A DNA stretch of 64,000 nt from a bacterium (GCA_028277985.1 JANQFG010000265.1:6832-70831), one strand, 5' to 3'; numbered from the stretch's first letter, positions 28,287 through 37,830 are shown. Notes: generated by a model not told the origin, from the letters alone. Program-made: numbers and translations.

Positions 28287-28802
28287 ATGAAAGGAAGCGA
28301 TCGAGTGAAGGTGATTCAAGACTATTTCAACCTGATGGGAAAGACCTACATCATCCTCCTGAGCAGCCTCGATGAATTCCTCGGGTCTCCTCTCTCCACG
28401 AACGAGAAGGTGGTCCTGCAGATCCTTGATGAGGAACCGATCTCGATCAAGGAGGTCTCTCTCAGGACTGGGCTGGCCTTGTCCACCCTCACGAATGTCT
28501 TCGACAAGATGGAGGACAAGCGTCTGGTGAAGAGGCGGCACTCTCGCACGGATCGCCGCATGGTGAAGATCGAGCTGGACGTGGCCGGCCGTCGCCTTCA
28601 GTCCAGGTTCAACGATCTGATCAAGCAGATCTCTTCCACCTGGCTGGAAAGAGTTCCGGAGGAAGATGGCCGGAATTTCACTTCCGCCCTGGAGAAGACG
28701 GGGTTCTTCCTCTCTGTGGACAGTGAAGATTTTCAGGATGGATTGAGCTCTCTGATCGAGCCCCTGCAGATCACGCTGGCAAAGCAGTTCAAGAAAAGGT
28801 GA
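28287..28802 (+). CDS. MarR-family transcriptional regulator
   Basis: Winged-helix region: TNEKVVLQILDEEPISIKEVSLRTGLALSTLTNVFDKMEDKRLVKRRHSRTDRRMVKIELD. Confidence 0.85.
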   Translation: MKGSDRVKVIQDYFNLMGKTYIILLSSLDEFLGSPLSTNEKVVLQILDEEPISIKEVSLRTGLALSTLTNVFDKMEDKRLVKRRHSRTDRRMVKIELDVAGRRLQSRFNDLIKQISSTWLERVPEEDGRNFTSALEKTGFFLSVDSEDFQDGLSSLIEPLQITLAKQFKKR

Positions 28803-28856
28803 TGAAGGTTCTCTTAGTGAGAAGAAGTCTATTGTGAACAGCACCTTTGGAGAGAA

Positions 28857-30917
28857 ATGACGATGCAGAAGAAACCAACGAAGCTGTTTGAACCGATCAT
28901 GGTCGGGAACATGCAACTGAGGAACCGGATCAAGATGCCTGCCATGGCCATCGCCATGGGAGAGGACGGAGGCATGTCCGAGGCGGCCAAGGCCTTCTAC
29001 GTCGAGCGGGCCAAGGGTGGCGTTTCGCTGATGGGTGTGAGTTGTACGGCGACCCCGTTGATCGAAGACCCGATGCTGGGTTTGTACGACGACCGGTTCC
29101 TTCCCGGCTTGAAGGACCTGGTGGATTCGGTTCGCCCTTACGGGGCGAGACTCTACACCCAGATGGGTGTGGGTTACAGCTGGGCCTTTGGGGACGGGCC
29201 GGTCGAACTGGTGAGCCCTTCGGGCCTGACCTGCTGGGGACGCCCCGGGACCCCTTTCCGCATGGGAGGGCCTTTCGAACCGACCATGCCGAAAGAACTC
29301 ACCGTGGAGGAGATTCAGCAGATCGTGGAGGCTTACGGTGACGGGGCCCGTCGAACCCAGGAGGCGGGCTTCGATGCGGTGGAGGTCATCGCTTCCGTGG
29401 GATACGTGACTGCCCAGTTCATCTCGCCCAAAACGAACAAACGCCAGGACCAGTACGGTGGTAGCCTGGAGAACCGGATGCGTCTCTTCCTCGAGATCAT
29501 CGAGAACATCAAGAAGAAGACGGGCGGCGATTTCCCGATCCTGGTGCGCATCAGCGGGGCCGATCTGCTGAACGATGGGGGATATGACCTGGAAGACACC
29601 AAGAAGATGGCGCCCATGCTGGAAAAGGCAGGGGTGAATCAGATCGATGTGATGGCGGGTTGGCACAATGCGCCCGTTGCCATGATCCAGACGCAAGTGG
29701 CCCAGGGGTCCTGGGTACACCTGGCGGAAGGGGTGAAGAGCGTCGTGAACATCCCCGTTGCCGCAGGGACACAGATCCAGGACATCGACGTGGCGGAACG
29801 GGTGGTGGCGGAGGGGCGCGTGGACATGGTCTACATGGCACGCGGCCTGGTGGCGGATCCTGAACTGCCTCGCAAGGCCCAGCAAGGCCGGCTCAAGGAC
29901 ATCCGACCCTGCATGAACTGCTGCCGTTGCATGTCCGCGTCCGACAATCCGCCGGTCCACTGCACGGTGAACGGACGCATGGGCAGGGAGTGGAAGTACC
30001 CGGAGGAACGGCCCGCCAAAGAGAACAAACGAGTGCTGGTTGTCGGGGGCGGTCCGGGCGGCATGGAGGCTGCCCGCGTTGCGACGCTGAGGGGCCATCG
30101 TGTGACCCTTTGCGAGAAGAATCCGAAATTGGGCGGAGCCATGCTCCTGAGCTCGATCACCAACCCACGGATCGGGCCTGTACTGAAGTACATGACGAGA
30201 CAGATCAAGGAGCTTTCCATCGATGTCAGGTTGAATACCGAAGTGACTCCGGCAGTCGTGAGGGAGGTAAACCCGGACGTGCTCGTGGTGGCACAAGGGG
30301 GCAAGGCTGCGCCGATGAACGTACCCGGTATCGATAAGGACATCGTGTTGAGTCGCAGCGACGCAGAGTCGATCCTTGGGGGAGGCCTGCCGCAGAAGGG
30401 AGGGCTGGTCCGCAGACTGCTTTCCCTGGGCGCTGCCCTGTTCGTCCGGCTCTTCTACAATCCGAAGGTGTTGCGGAAGCTCCTTCGGTTCCCCTTCCCC
30501 TTCAAGAAGCGGGTGGCCATCCTGGGAGGCGGGTTTGCGGGTGTGGAACTGGGAGAAACCCTGGTGGAGAATGGAAAGAAGGTTGCCATCGTTGAACCCT
30601 CCAAACGGATGGGCAGCGACATCGAGATCATCCACCGATGGGTCTTTCTGAAGCACTTGAGGGACGCGGGCGCGAATCTTCTCACCGAAGCGGAAGTCGT
30701 GGAGATTACAGACCAAGGGGTGAAGATCACGCAGGAAGGTTCACCTCAATTCATCGAGGCGGATACCGTGGTGCCGATCAACATCACCGCCAACAAGGAG
30801 CTGGCCGACACCTTCGAAGGCAGGGGGCCGCAGGTATTCGTCGTTGGGGATTGTGCGGAACCTGCGAAGCTCCAGGAGGCGATTACCGCGGGCTTTGTGG
30901 CGGGGCATGAGATGTAA
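28857..30917 (+). CDS. OYE-like FMN / [4Fe-4S] / FAD-NAD(P) oxidoreductase (2,4-dienoyl-CoA reductase FadH family)
   Basis: N-terminus LFEPIMVGNMQLRNRIKMPAM. Cys cluster PCMNCCRCM...VHC. Then VLVVGGGPGGMEAA and VAILGGGFAGVELG. ATG 28863 is the likelier start given the SD spacing. Confidence 0.85.
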   Translation: MTMQKKPTKLFEPIMVGNMQLRNRIKMPAMAIAMGEDGGMSEAAKAFYVERAKGGVSLMGVSCTATPLIEDPMLGLYDDRFLPGLKDLVDSVRPYGARLYTQMGVGYSWAFGDGPVELVSPSGLTCWGRPGTPFRMGGPFEPTMPKELTVEEIQQIVEAYGDGARRTQEAGFDAVEVIASVGYVTAQFISPKTNKRQDQYGGSLENRMRLFLEIIENIKKKTGGDFPILVRISGADLLNDGGYDLEDTKKMAPMLEKAGVNQIDVMAGWHNAPVAMIQTQVAQGSWVHLAEGVKSVVNIPVAAGTQIQDIDVAERVVAEGRVDMVYMARGLVADPELPRKAQQGRLKDIRPCMNCCRCMSASDNPPVHCTVNGRMGREWKYPEERPAKENKRVLVVGGGPGGMEAARVATLRGHRVTLCEKNPKLGGAMLLSSITNPRIGPVLKYMTRQIKELSIDVRLNTEVTPAVVREVNPDVLVVAQGGKAAPMNVPGIDKDIVLSRSDAESILGGGLPQKGGLVRRLLSLGAALFVRLFYNPKVLRKLLRFPFPFKKRVAILGGGFAGVELGETLVENGKKVAIVEPSKRMGSDIEIIHRWVFLKHLRDAGANLLTEAEVVEITDQGVKITQEGSPQFIEADTVVPINITANKELADTFEGRGPQVFVVGDCAEPAKLQEAITAGFVAGHEM

Positions 30918-31006
30918 GCCCAAGGGATTGCTGCGAGGCTTTTCCCCGGAGTACATATCCTTGCTTCTCGGTATCAATCGCTTCTACGCACACGGGAGGC
31001 TACGGC

Positions 31007-32083
31007 ATGTCCAGAGTGATCGTGAGGAATTCGGACTTCGAGAGCCTGCGGGGAGCGATCGATCGTATCTTTCAAGACCTGGAGGTGGATCTGAAGGGAA
31101 AGAGCGTCCTGATCAAGCCGAATTTCGGCGCGGCCGTTGGGCCGGAGAAATCGGCGCTGACAGACGCTAGGGTGGTCAAGGCGGTGCTGGACGCCTGCCT
31201 CGAGCAGACCGGTGAGGTCATCATCGGGGACAACCCGGGAAATCTTGACACCAGAGCCATGCACACGATCGGGATGTCCGGGATTCTGGAACTGGCGAGC
31301 GACTTCTATTGCAACATCAGCCAGGGGGGGCAGTTTGTCGACATCGGCTCCGAGATCATCCCCAGGGTCTTCCTGTCCAGTCAGGTCACGGATGTGGACT
31401 ATGTGATCAACGTGCCGAAGATGAAGACCCACGTGCTCTGCGGACTATCCTGTTGTATCAAGAACCTCTACGGGTACGTGGTAGGCGCGCAGAAGGCGAG
31501 ATACCACCTGGAGTCGGGGAGCCTGAAGCGTCTCACCCAGTTGTGGCTCGACCTCTACAAATACCGAGCACCGAACCTGAACATCGTGGATGCGATCGTG
31601 GCCATGGAGGGTGGCGGCCCCACACACGGCAAACCGAGGCCCGTCGGAAAGATCGTGGCCGGAACGAACGGGTTTGAAGTGGATGTGGTGCTCACGACCA
31701 TGATGGGGTGGGACCCGAGGACGATGAAGATGCTGGAAATGGCCTGCGAACAGGGGTTGGGTGAGATCGATGTGGAGAGAATCGAGGTAGAGGGTGACTT
31801 CGAGATCCTCCCCGAGTTCGAGAAACCGCCTACCTTTGCAGCCATCGATCCGAAGTTCAACCCATACGAGGAAATCGTTCGTATTCGACCGAGCCTGGAC
31901 GAAGAGAAATGCGTCCTCTGCAGGCTCTGCGGGGACGAATCCTGTCCCGCAGAGGCGATATCCTTTGAAGAGTATCCAATCATCGATCCGGAGAAATGCA
32001 TCTCCTGCTACTGTTGTGTCGAATTCTGTCCCGAGGGGGCCCTGTTCGTCGAGTATGACAAGGAAATATTCGAGATTGCATAG
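31007..32083 (+). CDS. DUF362 domain protein with C-terminal 2x[4Fe-4S] ferredoxin domain
   Basis: Contains VLIKPNFG...PKMKTHVLCGLSCCIKNLYG...IVDAIVAMEGGGP, then CVLCRLCGDESCP and CISCYCCVEFCP. Confidence 0.7.
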   Translation: MSRVIVRNSDFESLRGAIDRIFQDLEVDLKGKSVLIKPNFGAAVGPEKSALTDARVVKAVLDACLEQTGEVIIGDNPGNLDTRAMHTIGMSGILELASDFYCNISQGGQFVDIGSEIIPRVFLSSQVTDVDYVINVPKMKTHVLCGLSCCIKNLYGYVVGAQKARYHLESGSLKRLTQLWLDLYKYRAPNLNIVDAIVAMEGGGPTHGKPRPVGKIVAGTNGFEVDVVLTTMMGWDPRTMKMLEMACEQGLGEIDVERIEVEGDFEILPEFEKPPTFAAIDPKFNPYEEIVRIRPSLDEEKCVLCRLCGDESCPAEAISFEEYPIIDPEKCISCYCCVEFCPEGALFVEYDKEIFEIA

Positions 32084-32100
32084 TGTGAGGGATGTTCGTC

Positions 32101-33417
32101 ATGCCTAAAAGCAAAGTGGATGCGCTCGTCATCGGGTCCGGTGTTGGAGGTCTCTGTGTGGCCGCCAGGCTGGTCGAGCAGGGGCTGAGTGTTTCGGTCA
32201 TTGAGAAGCTGCCTTATCTGGGAGGGCGGTTTTCTACCCGGGACATCAAGGGATTCAAGATCACGACCGGCGCCATCATGGTCCCCTTCGGCGAACGAAG
32301 CGCCTTCCATGAGACCTACCGTCTGATGGAGGCCCCGTTCAACGTGAGGGAAGGGAAGGGAGGATTCAGATACCGACTGAGTCACGGAGAGTACGATCCT
32401 CCTGCCGAAGGTGGAGGGGGGCTTCTCGGCATGCTCGAGTTCGCCACGGGGGATGAAGCAGCCGCCAAGGCGCTCTTTCGGCACTTCAGGCGTGCTCTCG
32501 GCTGGTGGGAACCCTCGGACACGATTTCTTTCGAAGAATGGCTGTCTCAGCATACGAGTCATCCGGAAGTCCATAACCTGCTTCAGGGGTTCTGCGCGGC
32601 CTTTATCGGTACCAGCATCAACGAGGTCCCGGCGGGCGAGTACTTCCGTTTCCTGAAGGCCATGGGAAGAAACAACCGGTATGGCATCGCGGTGAACGGG
32701 AACATCGAGCTCATGGAGTCCCTGGCCGAGTCCGTGGCGAACAGAGGGTCATCAGTCGTCACCAATGCCGCATGCAAGGGAATCCTGGTGGAAAAGGGCA
32801 GGGTTCGAGGGGCCCTGGTCGTTCGGGATGCAGTGGAGGAGCGTGTGGACGCGGATTTCGTGATCAGCAATGCCGGTCCGAATCGGACCATCCGGTTGGC
32901 GGGCGAGGAGAACTTCGAGAAGAGTTATCTGGCCCTTCTCAGGGAGCACCCGCATGCCACTCCGGTCTTTCACGTCTGTATTCGGAGCCCGGAGCCGCTG
33001 GATCCGTATCCCGGGATCATCAACTTCGGAAACACCCGGAGGCTCATCTTCCTCGAATGCCCGACCCTGACCTGTCCGGAGCTGGCGCCGGAAGGAATGC
33101 ATATCACCACCACCTTCAGCGTGCCGGAATCCTCAACCCCGCCCATCAAACGAAGGCAGACGATCGAGGAGATCATGGTCGATCTGGAGGAGAACTTCCC
33201 GTCCTTCCACAGAAAGAAAGCAGACGTGATGGTCACTGCCCATCACGCGGAGTGGCCATCCATGCGCAGGTGGCCGGGGCATCCGATGCCGACGAAGACA
33301 CCGGTCGAGAATCTATACAATGTGGGCGATGGATGCATGCCGCCGGGCACAGTGGGAATCGAGGCGTGTGCCTTGTCCGCAAAAGACGTGGCCCGACAGA
33401 TTTCGTCGGGCAGGTAG
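32101..33417 (+). CDS. CrtI-family FAD-dependent oxidoreductase
   Basis: Reads MPKSKVDALVIGSGVGGLCVAARLVEQGLSVSVIEKLPYLGGR, with C-terminal NLYNVGDGCMPPGTVGIEACALSA. ATG 32092 is the alternative start. Confidence 0.75.
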   Translation: MPKSKVDALVIGSGVGGLCVAARLVEQGLSVSVIEKLPYLGGRFSTRDIKGFKITTGAIMVPFGERSAFHETYRLMEAPFNVREGKGGFRYRLSHGEYDPPAEGGGGLLGMLEFATGDEAAAKALFRHFRRALGWWEPSDTISFEEWLSQHTSHPEVHNLLQGFCAAFIGTSINEVPAGEYFRFLKAMGRNNRYGIAVNGNIELMESLAESVANRGSSVVTNAACKGILVEKGRVRGALVVRDAVEERVDADFVISNAGPNRTIRLAGEENFEKSYLALLREHPHATPVFHVCIRSPEPLDPYPGIINFGNTRRLIFLECPTLTCPELAPEGMHITTTFSVPESSTPPIKRRQTIEEIMVDLEENFPSFHRKKADVMVTAHHAEWPSMRRWPGHPMPTKTPVENLYNVGDGCMPPGTVGIEACALSAKDVARQISSGR

Positions 33418-33458
33418 TCCGTTGGAACGAGGTTTCGAGAAAGAGAGAGGGGAGCGAG

Positions 33459-34808
33459 ATGGGTAACTGGGATGTTGTGATTGTTGGAGCGGGATTCGGA
33501 GGGCTTTGTTCTGGGGCGCTGCTGGCCCATGCGGGAAAGAAGGTCCTGGTGCTGGAGAAGGACAGCGCCATCGGAGGGCGCGCCAAGAGCATCCTGTATT
33601 CGGGCCAGGTCCTCGATGACGGCGCCCACATCCCCTCGAGGGCAGGGCACCTTGAATCGATCTTTGAAGACCTGGGAATTCCCTATCCGGAATTGGCGCA
33701 CATGGGCAAGAGCGAAATCTACCACGATGGGAAGTGGTGGGGGCCGAAAGAGCTCTTCACCAAAGACATGTACAAGAAGGTCTTCGGTGAGATGCTGCGC
33801 CTGTCCAAGGAGGAGATCGTCCAACTCGACGATCTGCCGTTGAGTGAATGGGTCAAGAGCGTGTCCGACGACCCGGGCATCCAGAAGCTGTTCTTCTATC
33901 TGGCCTGCTCGACGAGTGTGGGAAATCGTTTCGAGACCTACTCTGCCGGAGAGATGATCTACATCCTTCGGGAGTTCATTGACGGCGGTCGCAGCCTCAC
34001 GGAAATCGGGGGCGTGATCAAAGGCGGGATGAACAACATCCTGCAGCCCCTCACCGACTACATCAACGCCCACGGGGGCGAAGTGAGGCTGAATACACGG
34101 GTGGACAGTGTAGAGACCCGGGACGGAGAAGCTGTAGGGGTGAATCTGGAAGTGGGGGAACGTCTCTTCCACAGCCAGGTCCTGGACGTTGAGACGGAGA
34201 AGGCTGATTTTGTTATCGTCACGCTTCCGCTCAATGATCTATTCACCGTAATGGACGAGGACGCCTTTCCTAACTGGTGGGTGGACTGGGTGAACTACAT
34301 CGGCACCAAGGTCAGCCACGCCTGGAGCATCATCTACGGCCTGGACGAACCTCTGTTCGACACACAGACCTTCCGGTGGGCTCCGAACCTTCCTGAATCC
34401 GGATTCTCCGGGATCTTCTATCCCATGCCCTCGTATGGAGACGACGTGAACCAGTACCAGTTCCACGTCTCCTACCAGGGGCACTACGACGAAATGCCGG
34501 ATCTGCTCAAGGGGAGCCGGGCGCGGGTCAGACGACAGATTCGAGATACGATTGCCATGCTGGAGCGGGAGTCGATTGCATTCTTCCCACAGTTGAAGGA
34601 CAAATACCGCTGGCGAGTTGCCCATGCGGGGGTCTACGGGATTGCACAGTCGCCCGGATTCGTGGGCACCAAACGGCCGTCCATGAAGGTGCCGGGATAC
34701 AGCAATCTCTACGTGGTGTCGAACACCGTGCAGGAAGCGAGAGGCATCAGCATGTCTGCCATTGGACGATGTGCGCGGATGGCAAGTGAGGCCATTGTAA
34801 ATACATAG
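33459..34808 (+). CDS. CrtI-family FAD-dependent oxidoreductase
   Basis: Reads MGNWDVVIVGAGFGGLCSGALLAHAGKKVLVLEKDSAIGGRA. The listed ORF 32772.. is an upstream open-frame extension that overlaps the previous gene. Confidence 0.75.
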   Translation: MGNWDVVIVGAGFGGLCSGALLAHAGKKVLVLEKDSAIGGRAKSILYSGQVLDDGAHIPSRAGHLESIFEDLGIPYPELAHMGKSEIYHDGKWWGPKELFTKDMYKKVFGEMLRLSKEEIVQLDDLPLSEWVKSVSDDPGIQKLFFYLACSTSVGNRFETYSAGEMIYILREFIDGGRSLTEIGGVIKGGMNNILQPLTDYINAHGGEVRLNTRVDSVETRDGEAVGVNLEVGERLFHSQVLDVETEKADFVIVTLPLNDLFTVMDEDAFPNWWVDWVNYIGTKVSHAWSIIYGLDEPLFDTQTFRWAPNLPESGFSGIFYPMPSYGDDVNQYQFHVSYQGHYDEMPDLLKGSRARVRRQIRDTIAMLERESIAFFPQLKDKYRWRVAHAGVYGIAQSPGFVGTKRPSMKVPGYSNLYVVSNTVQEARGISMSAIGRCARMASEAIVNT

Positions 34809-34832
34809 TTGGCGAGAAAGGTCACAAGGAAT

Positions 34833-35285
34833 ATGCCCAAGAAATTGCTCTCTAAACCGGCTCTGTGCGTGAATTGCAGGACGTGCGAGATGTCCTGCTC
34901 CCTCGAGAAGAGCGGCATGTTCAACCCGGTCAAGGCGAGAATCTGGATCCAGAAGAACAAGAAGGGCCTGGATGCGCCCATGATCTGTAGGCACTGTCTG
35001 GCTCCTCCCTGCGAAAAGGCATGCCCTGTCGAGGAGGAGAAGCCGATCTTGCGCGACAAGCAGACGGGCATCGTCCGTGTTTCACTGAAGACCTGCATTG
35101 GGTGCTATGAGTGCGTCTCGGCATGTCCCTTTGGTGCCATGCGAGTAGATCCCCACACGGGCCAGGTCTTCAAGTGCGATCTCTGCGACGGAGATCCGGA
35201 GTGTGTGAAGTGGTGCCCCACCGGGGCGATTCAGTATGTGGACACAAAAGCGATCGGCACGGTGAGTTCAGCCGACAAAGGGTAG
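34833..35285 (+). CDS. Polyferredoxin (multiple 4Fe-4S motifs), AOR electron-transfer subunit-like
   Basis: Contains CVNCRTCEMSC, CRHCLAPPCEKACP, CIGCYECVSACP and CDLCDGDPECVKWCP. It sits immediately upstream of the AOR gene. Confidence 0.8.
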   Translation: MPKKLLSKPALCVNCRTCEMSCSLEKSGMFNPVKARIWIQKNKKGLDAPMICRHCLAPPCEKACPVEEEKPILRDKQTGIVRVSLKTCIGCYECVSACPFGAMRVDPHTGQVFKCDLCDGDPECVKWCPTGAIQYVDTKAIGTVSSADKG

Positions 35286-35303
35286 GACAACGGAGGATTC
35301 GCA

Positions 35304-37211
35304 ATGTACGGCTGGGCCGGAAGCCTGTTACGCGTCAATCTGACGGATCGGAAGATACAGAAGGAGGAATACCCGGAGGCCCTGAGGCATCAATTCATCG
35401 GTGGGAGAGGCGTGAACTCGCGCCTGCTCTACAGTGAGGTCAAGCCCGGGATCGATCCGCTGGGGCCCGAAAACAAGCTCTTCTTCGGCACCTCGCCCCT
35501 GACGGGTACCGGCCTGATTACCTCGGGGAGGATCCACGTCACGGCCAAGTCGCCGCTCACGGGGATCCTGGGGGATTCGAACGCAGGGGGACATTTCGGT
35601 CCCGAGCTGAAGTGGGCGGGATATGACCACATCATCATCGAGGGAGCCGCAGACAAGCCTGTCTACTTGTGGATCGACGACGATCAGGTGGAGATCCGGG
35701 ACGCCGGCCATGTCTGGGGGAAGGTGGTTTCCGAGACCTATGCGACCCTCTGGGACGAACTGGGGGACCCTCGCATTCGGATTGCCACCATCGGACCGGG
35801 AGGAGAGAATCTCGTCCGGTTCGCATCCCTCATGACGGATTACGGAAACGCCTGCGGCAAGACCGGCATGGGCACGGTGATGGGGTCGAAGAATCTCAAG
35901 GCCGTCGCGGTTCGGGGGACGAAGGGCTTTCGGGTGGCGGACCCGGAGCGATTCAAAGAGATCGCCAGAGATTGGATCAGAAAGATCAAGAAAGGGCCTA
36001 CCTACGAGAGCTTCTCCAAGTTCGGCACCTTGTCGTACCTGACGCAGTATCATTCCCAGGGAAGGTCCGTCGCGAGGAATGCCCAGGTGACGGCCGATAT
36101 CGACTACATCGACAACTACGATGCGAAGAGCATGATGAAGCATATGACGAGGAGCGTCGCGTGCTTCGGCTGTCCGATACACTGCAAACACGAATTCAAG
36201 GTCAAGAAGGGCCCGTTTGGGGGAGAACACGGTCACGGCACCGAATTCTGCATCATGAGCGCACATGGACCTGCCTGTGGCAACACCGATGAGGCGGCCG
36301 TGCTGAAGATCAACAATATCTGCAACGAATACGGAATCTGCGGAGATACATCCGGGATCACCATGGCTGCGGCCTTTGAATGGTATCAGCGGGGGATCAT
36401 TTCCAAGGAAGACACGGACGGGATTCCTCTCGAATGGGGCAACGCAGAGGCCCAGATCGAGATGTTGATGAGGACGATCCGGAGAGAGGGGTTTGGGGAC
36501 CTCCTGGCGGATGGTTCGGCCCTGGCAGCGGAAAAGATAGGAAAGGGGGCTGAGAAGTACATATCCCACACCAAAGGGAGCGACATCGATCAGGTTGACA
36601 TTCGAACGCTCAAGGGATGCGCCCTGTCGGACGCTGTTTCGAGTCGCGGCGCGGACCCGCAGAGGGGATGGCCGGGGGTCGAGTTCTATCCCATGAAACC
36701 GGCAACCGCAATGAAGCTCTTCGGAAACGAAAACGCAGCGAACCCGAGGTCCTATGAAGGCAAGGGCTCGCTGGTAGATTTCTACACGTCCATCTGCACC
36801 ATGTGCGATGCCCTGGGGATCTGCAAGTTCTCCAGCGCATGGTTCAGTACGCCCATCTATCTGAAGCACATGGGGCAATTGGTCGAGGCTGCTACCGGCG
36901 TGGATTTCAACGAGAAGAAGATGACGGAGATCGCCGCGAGGATCAACAACGTGGAACGAGCCTACCTCGTCAGAGAAGGGATCACGCGCAAAGACGATAC
37001 GATCCACGGCAGGGCCATGGAGGAGCCGGTTCCGTCGGGCCCGTACGAGGGCGAGCGGTTGGATCAGGAAGGCTTGGACAGGATGTTGGACGACTACTAC
37101 AAGGTTGTCGGGTGGGACAAGAAGACAGGTGCACCCACCCGGAAGACACTCGAAAACCTGGGGTTGCAGGATGTCGCGGATGAGCTCGCGGACATGGGCA
37201 AGATCACATAG
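35304..37211 (+). CDS. Tungsten-type aldehyde:ferredoxin oxidoreductase (AOR family)
   Basis: Canonical N-terminus MYGWAGSLLRVNLTDRKIQKEEYP...FIGGRGVNSRLLY...GPENKLFFGTSPLTGT. Length is 635 aa. Confidence 0.9.
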   Translation: MYGWAGSLLRVNLTDRKIQKEEYPEALRHQFIGGRGVNSRLLYSEVKPGIDPLGPENKLFFGTSPLTGTGLITSGRIHVTAKSPLTGILGDSNAGGHFGPELKWAGYDHIIIEGAADKPVYLWIDDDQVEIRDAGHVWGKVVSETYATLWDELGDPRIRIATIGPGGENLVRFASLMTDYGNACGKTGMGTVMGSKNLKAVAVRGTKGFRVADPERFKEIARDWIRKIKKGPTYESFSKFGTLSYLTQYHSQGRSVARNAQVTADIDYIDNYDAKSMMKHMTRSVACFGCPIHCKHEFKVKKGPFGGEHGHGTEFCIMSAHGPACGNTDEAAVLKINNICNEYGICGDTSGITMAAAFEWYQRGIISKEDTDGIPLEWGNAEAQIEMLMRTIRREGFGDLLADGSALAAEKIGKGAEKYISHTKGSDIDQVDIRTLKGCALSDAVSSRGADPQRGWPGVEFYPMKPATAMKLFGNENAANPRSYEGKGSLVDFYTSICTMCDALGICKFSSAWFSTPIYLKHMGQLVEAATGVDFNEKKMTEIAARINNVERAYLVREGITRKDDTIHGRAMEEPVPSGPYEGERLDQEGLDRMLDDYYKVVGWDKKTGAPTRKTLENLGLQDVADELADMGKIT

Positions 37212-37237
37212 GGTTCTTCGTCGAAGAGGGGGGGCAT

Positions 37238-37627
37238 ATGGAAGACCAAGTTAGACAGACGATTGAGTCGTATTTTCGGCTGGTGAACGAGGAGAAGTTC
37301 GACGAGTTCTTCGATCTGTTCGACCCGGACGTGGAGTTCAAGGCACCCTTCAATTTCACCGCCCGGGGGCTCGAAAATGTGAAACCCTTCTATCTGCAGG
37401 TCCCGGTGAACTATCCCCATCACGTGGATACGCCTGAAGAGATCCTCGTCTCGGGGAACAGGGCAGCGGTCTTCATCGACTTCGTGGGCACCTCCAAAGA
37501 GGGGATTGCCATGGCCTTCAAGGCAACGGACTGGTTTCGCATCGAAGACGGGAAGATCAAATCGCTGAACATCTTTTACGACAGCCATCATCTCGCGAGG
37601 GTAGGATCGGGGAAGAAGAAAAGTTAG
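37238..37627 (+). CDS. NTF2/SnoaL-like (ketosteroid-isomerase-fold) protein
   Basis: 129 aa. Contains IESYFRLVNEEKFDEFFDLFDPDVEF...WFRIEDGKIKSLNIFYD. Confidence 0.65.
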   Translation: MEDQVRQTIESYFRLVNEEKFDEFFDLFDPDVEFKAPFNFTARGLENVKPFYLQVPVNYPHHVDTPEEILVSGNRAAVFIDFVGTSKEGIAMAFKATDWFRIEDGKIKSLNIFYDSHHLARVGSGKKKS

Positions 37628-37631
37628 TGTC

Positions 37632-37673
37632 AAGTGGCAAGTGGCAGGTGGCGAGTGGCAAGTGGCGGGCGGC
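37632..37673. repeat. Heptamer tandem array (RRGTGGC)x6
   Basis: AAGTGGC AAGTGGC AGGTGGC GAGTGGC AAGTGGC GGGCGGC begins 5 nt after the TAG stop of the NTF2 gene. Confidence 0.75.
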
Positions 37674-37703
37674 AAGATGTGAGCAAGGCACCTGGTGAGG
37701 GGG

Positions 37704-37775
37704 CAGGCCGAAACTATCAACCCTAGTCACACTCGGTTCGTCAGCCGTGCCACCAGGGTTGATAGTTTCGGCCTG
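37704..37775. repeat. 21-bp perfect inverted repeat with 30-nt loop
   Basis: CAGGCCGAAACTATCAACCCT (37704-37724) and AGGGTTGATAGTTTCGGCCTG (37755-37775), verified base by base. Confidence 0.8.
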
Positions 37776-37830
37776 ACCCCATTTTGGCTGCAGAGTCCCG
37801 GCAGGCCGTCATGACGGTTTGGGCGAAGTG

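Noticed and set aside
28176-30716. An 846-aa minus-strand ORF, plus similar long antisense ORFs at 18855-21347, 25878-27599, 35328-37007, 47945-49606, 53811-55844, 5220-6410, 15794-16984, 22511-23803 and 42410-43690.
   Set aside because: These are shadow ORFs opposite genes that have clear family signatures. Their translations are Arg/His/Pro/Gly-rich low-complexity sequence with no motifs, as expected when stop codons are depleted in GC-rich DNA.
32772-33458. An N-terminal 229-aa extension of the ORF 32772..34808, which would give a 678-aa protein.
   Set aside because: The extension overlaps the well-supported gene 32101-33417 in another frame and is Arg/Gly-rich. The Rossmann N-terminus MGNWDVVIVGAGFGG with an SD begins at 33459.
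37632-37673. The heptamer and hexamer arrays considered as a CRISPR array.
   Set aside because: The units are 6-7 nt and directly abutting with no spacers, and there are no cas genes. This is not CRISPR.
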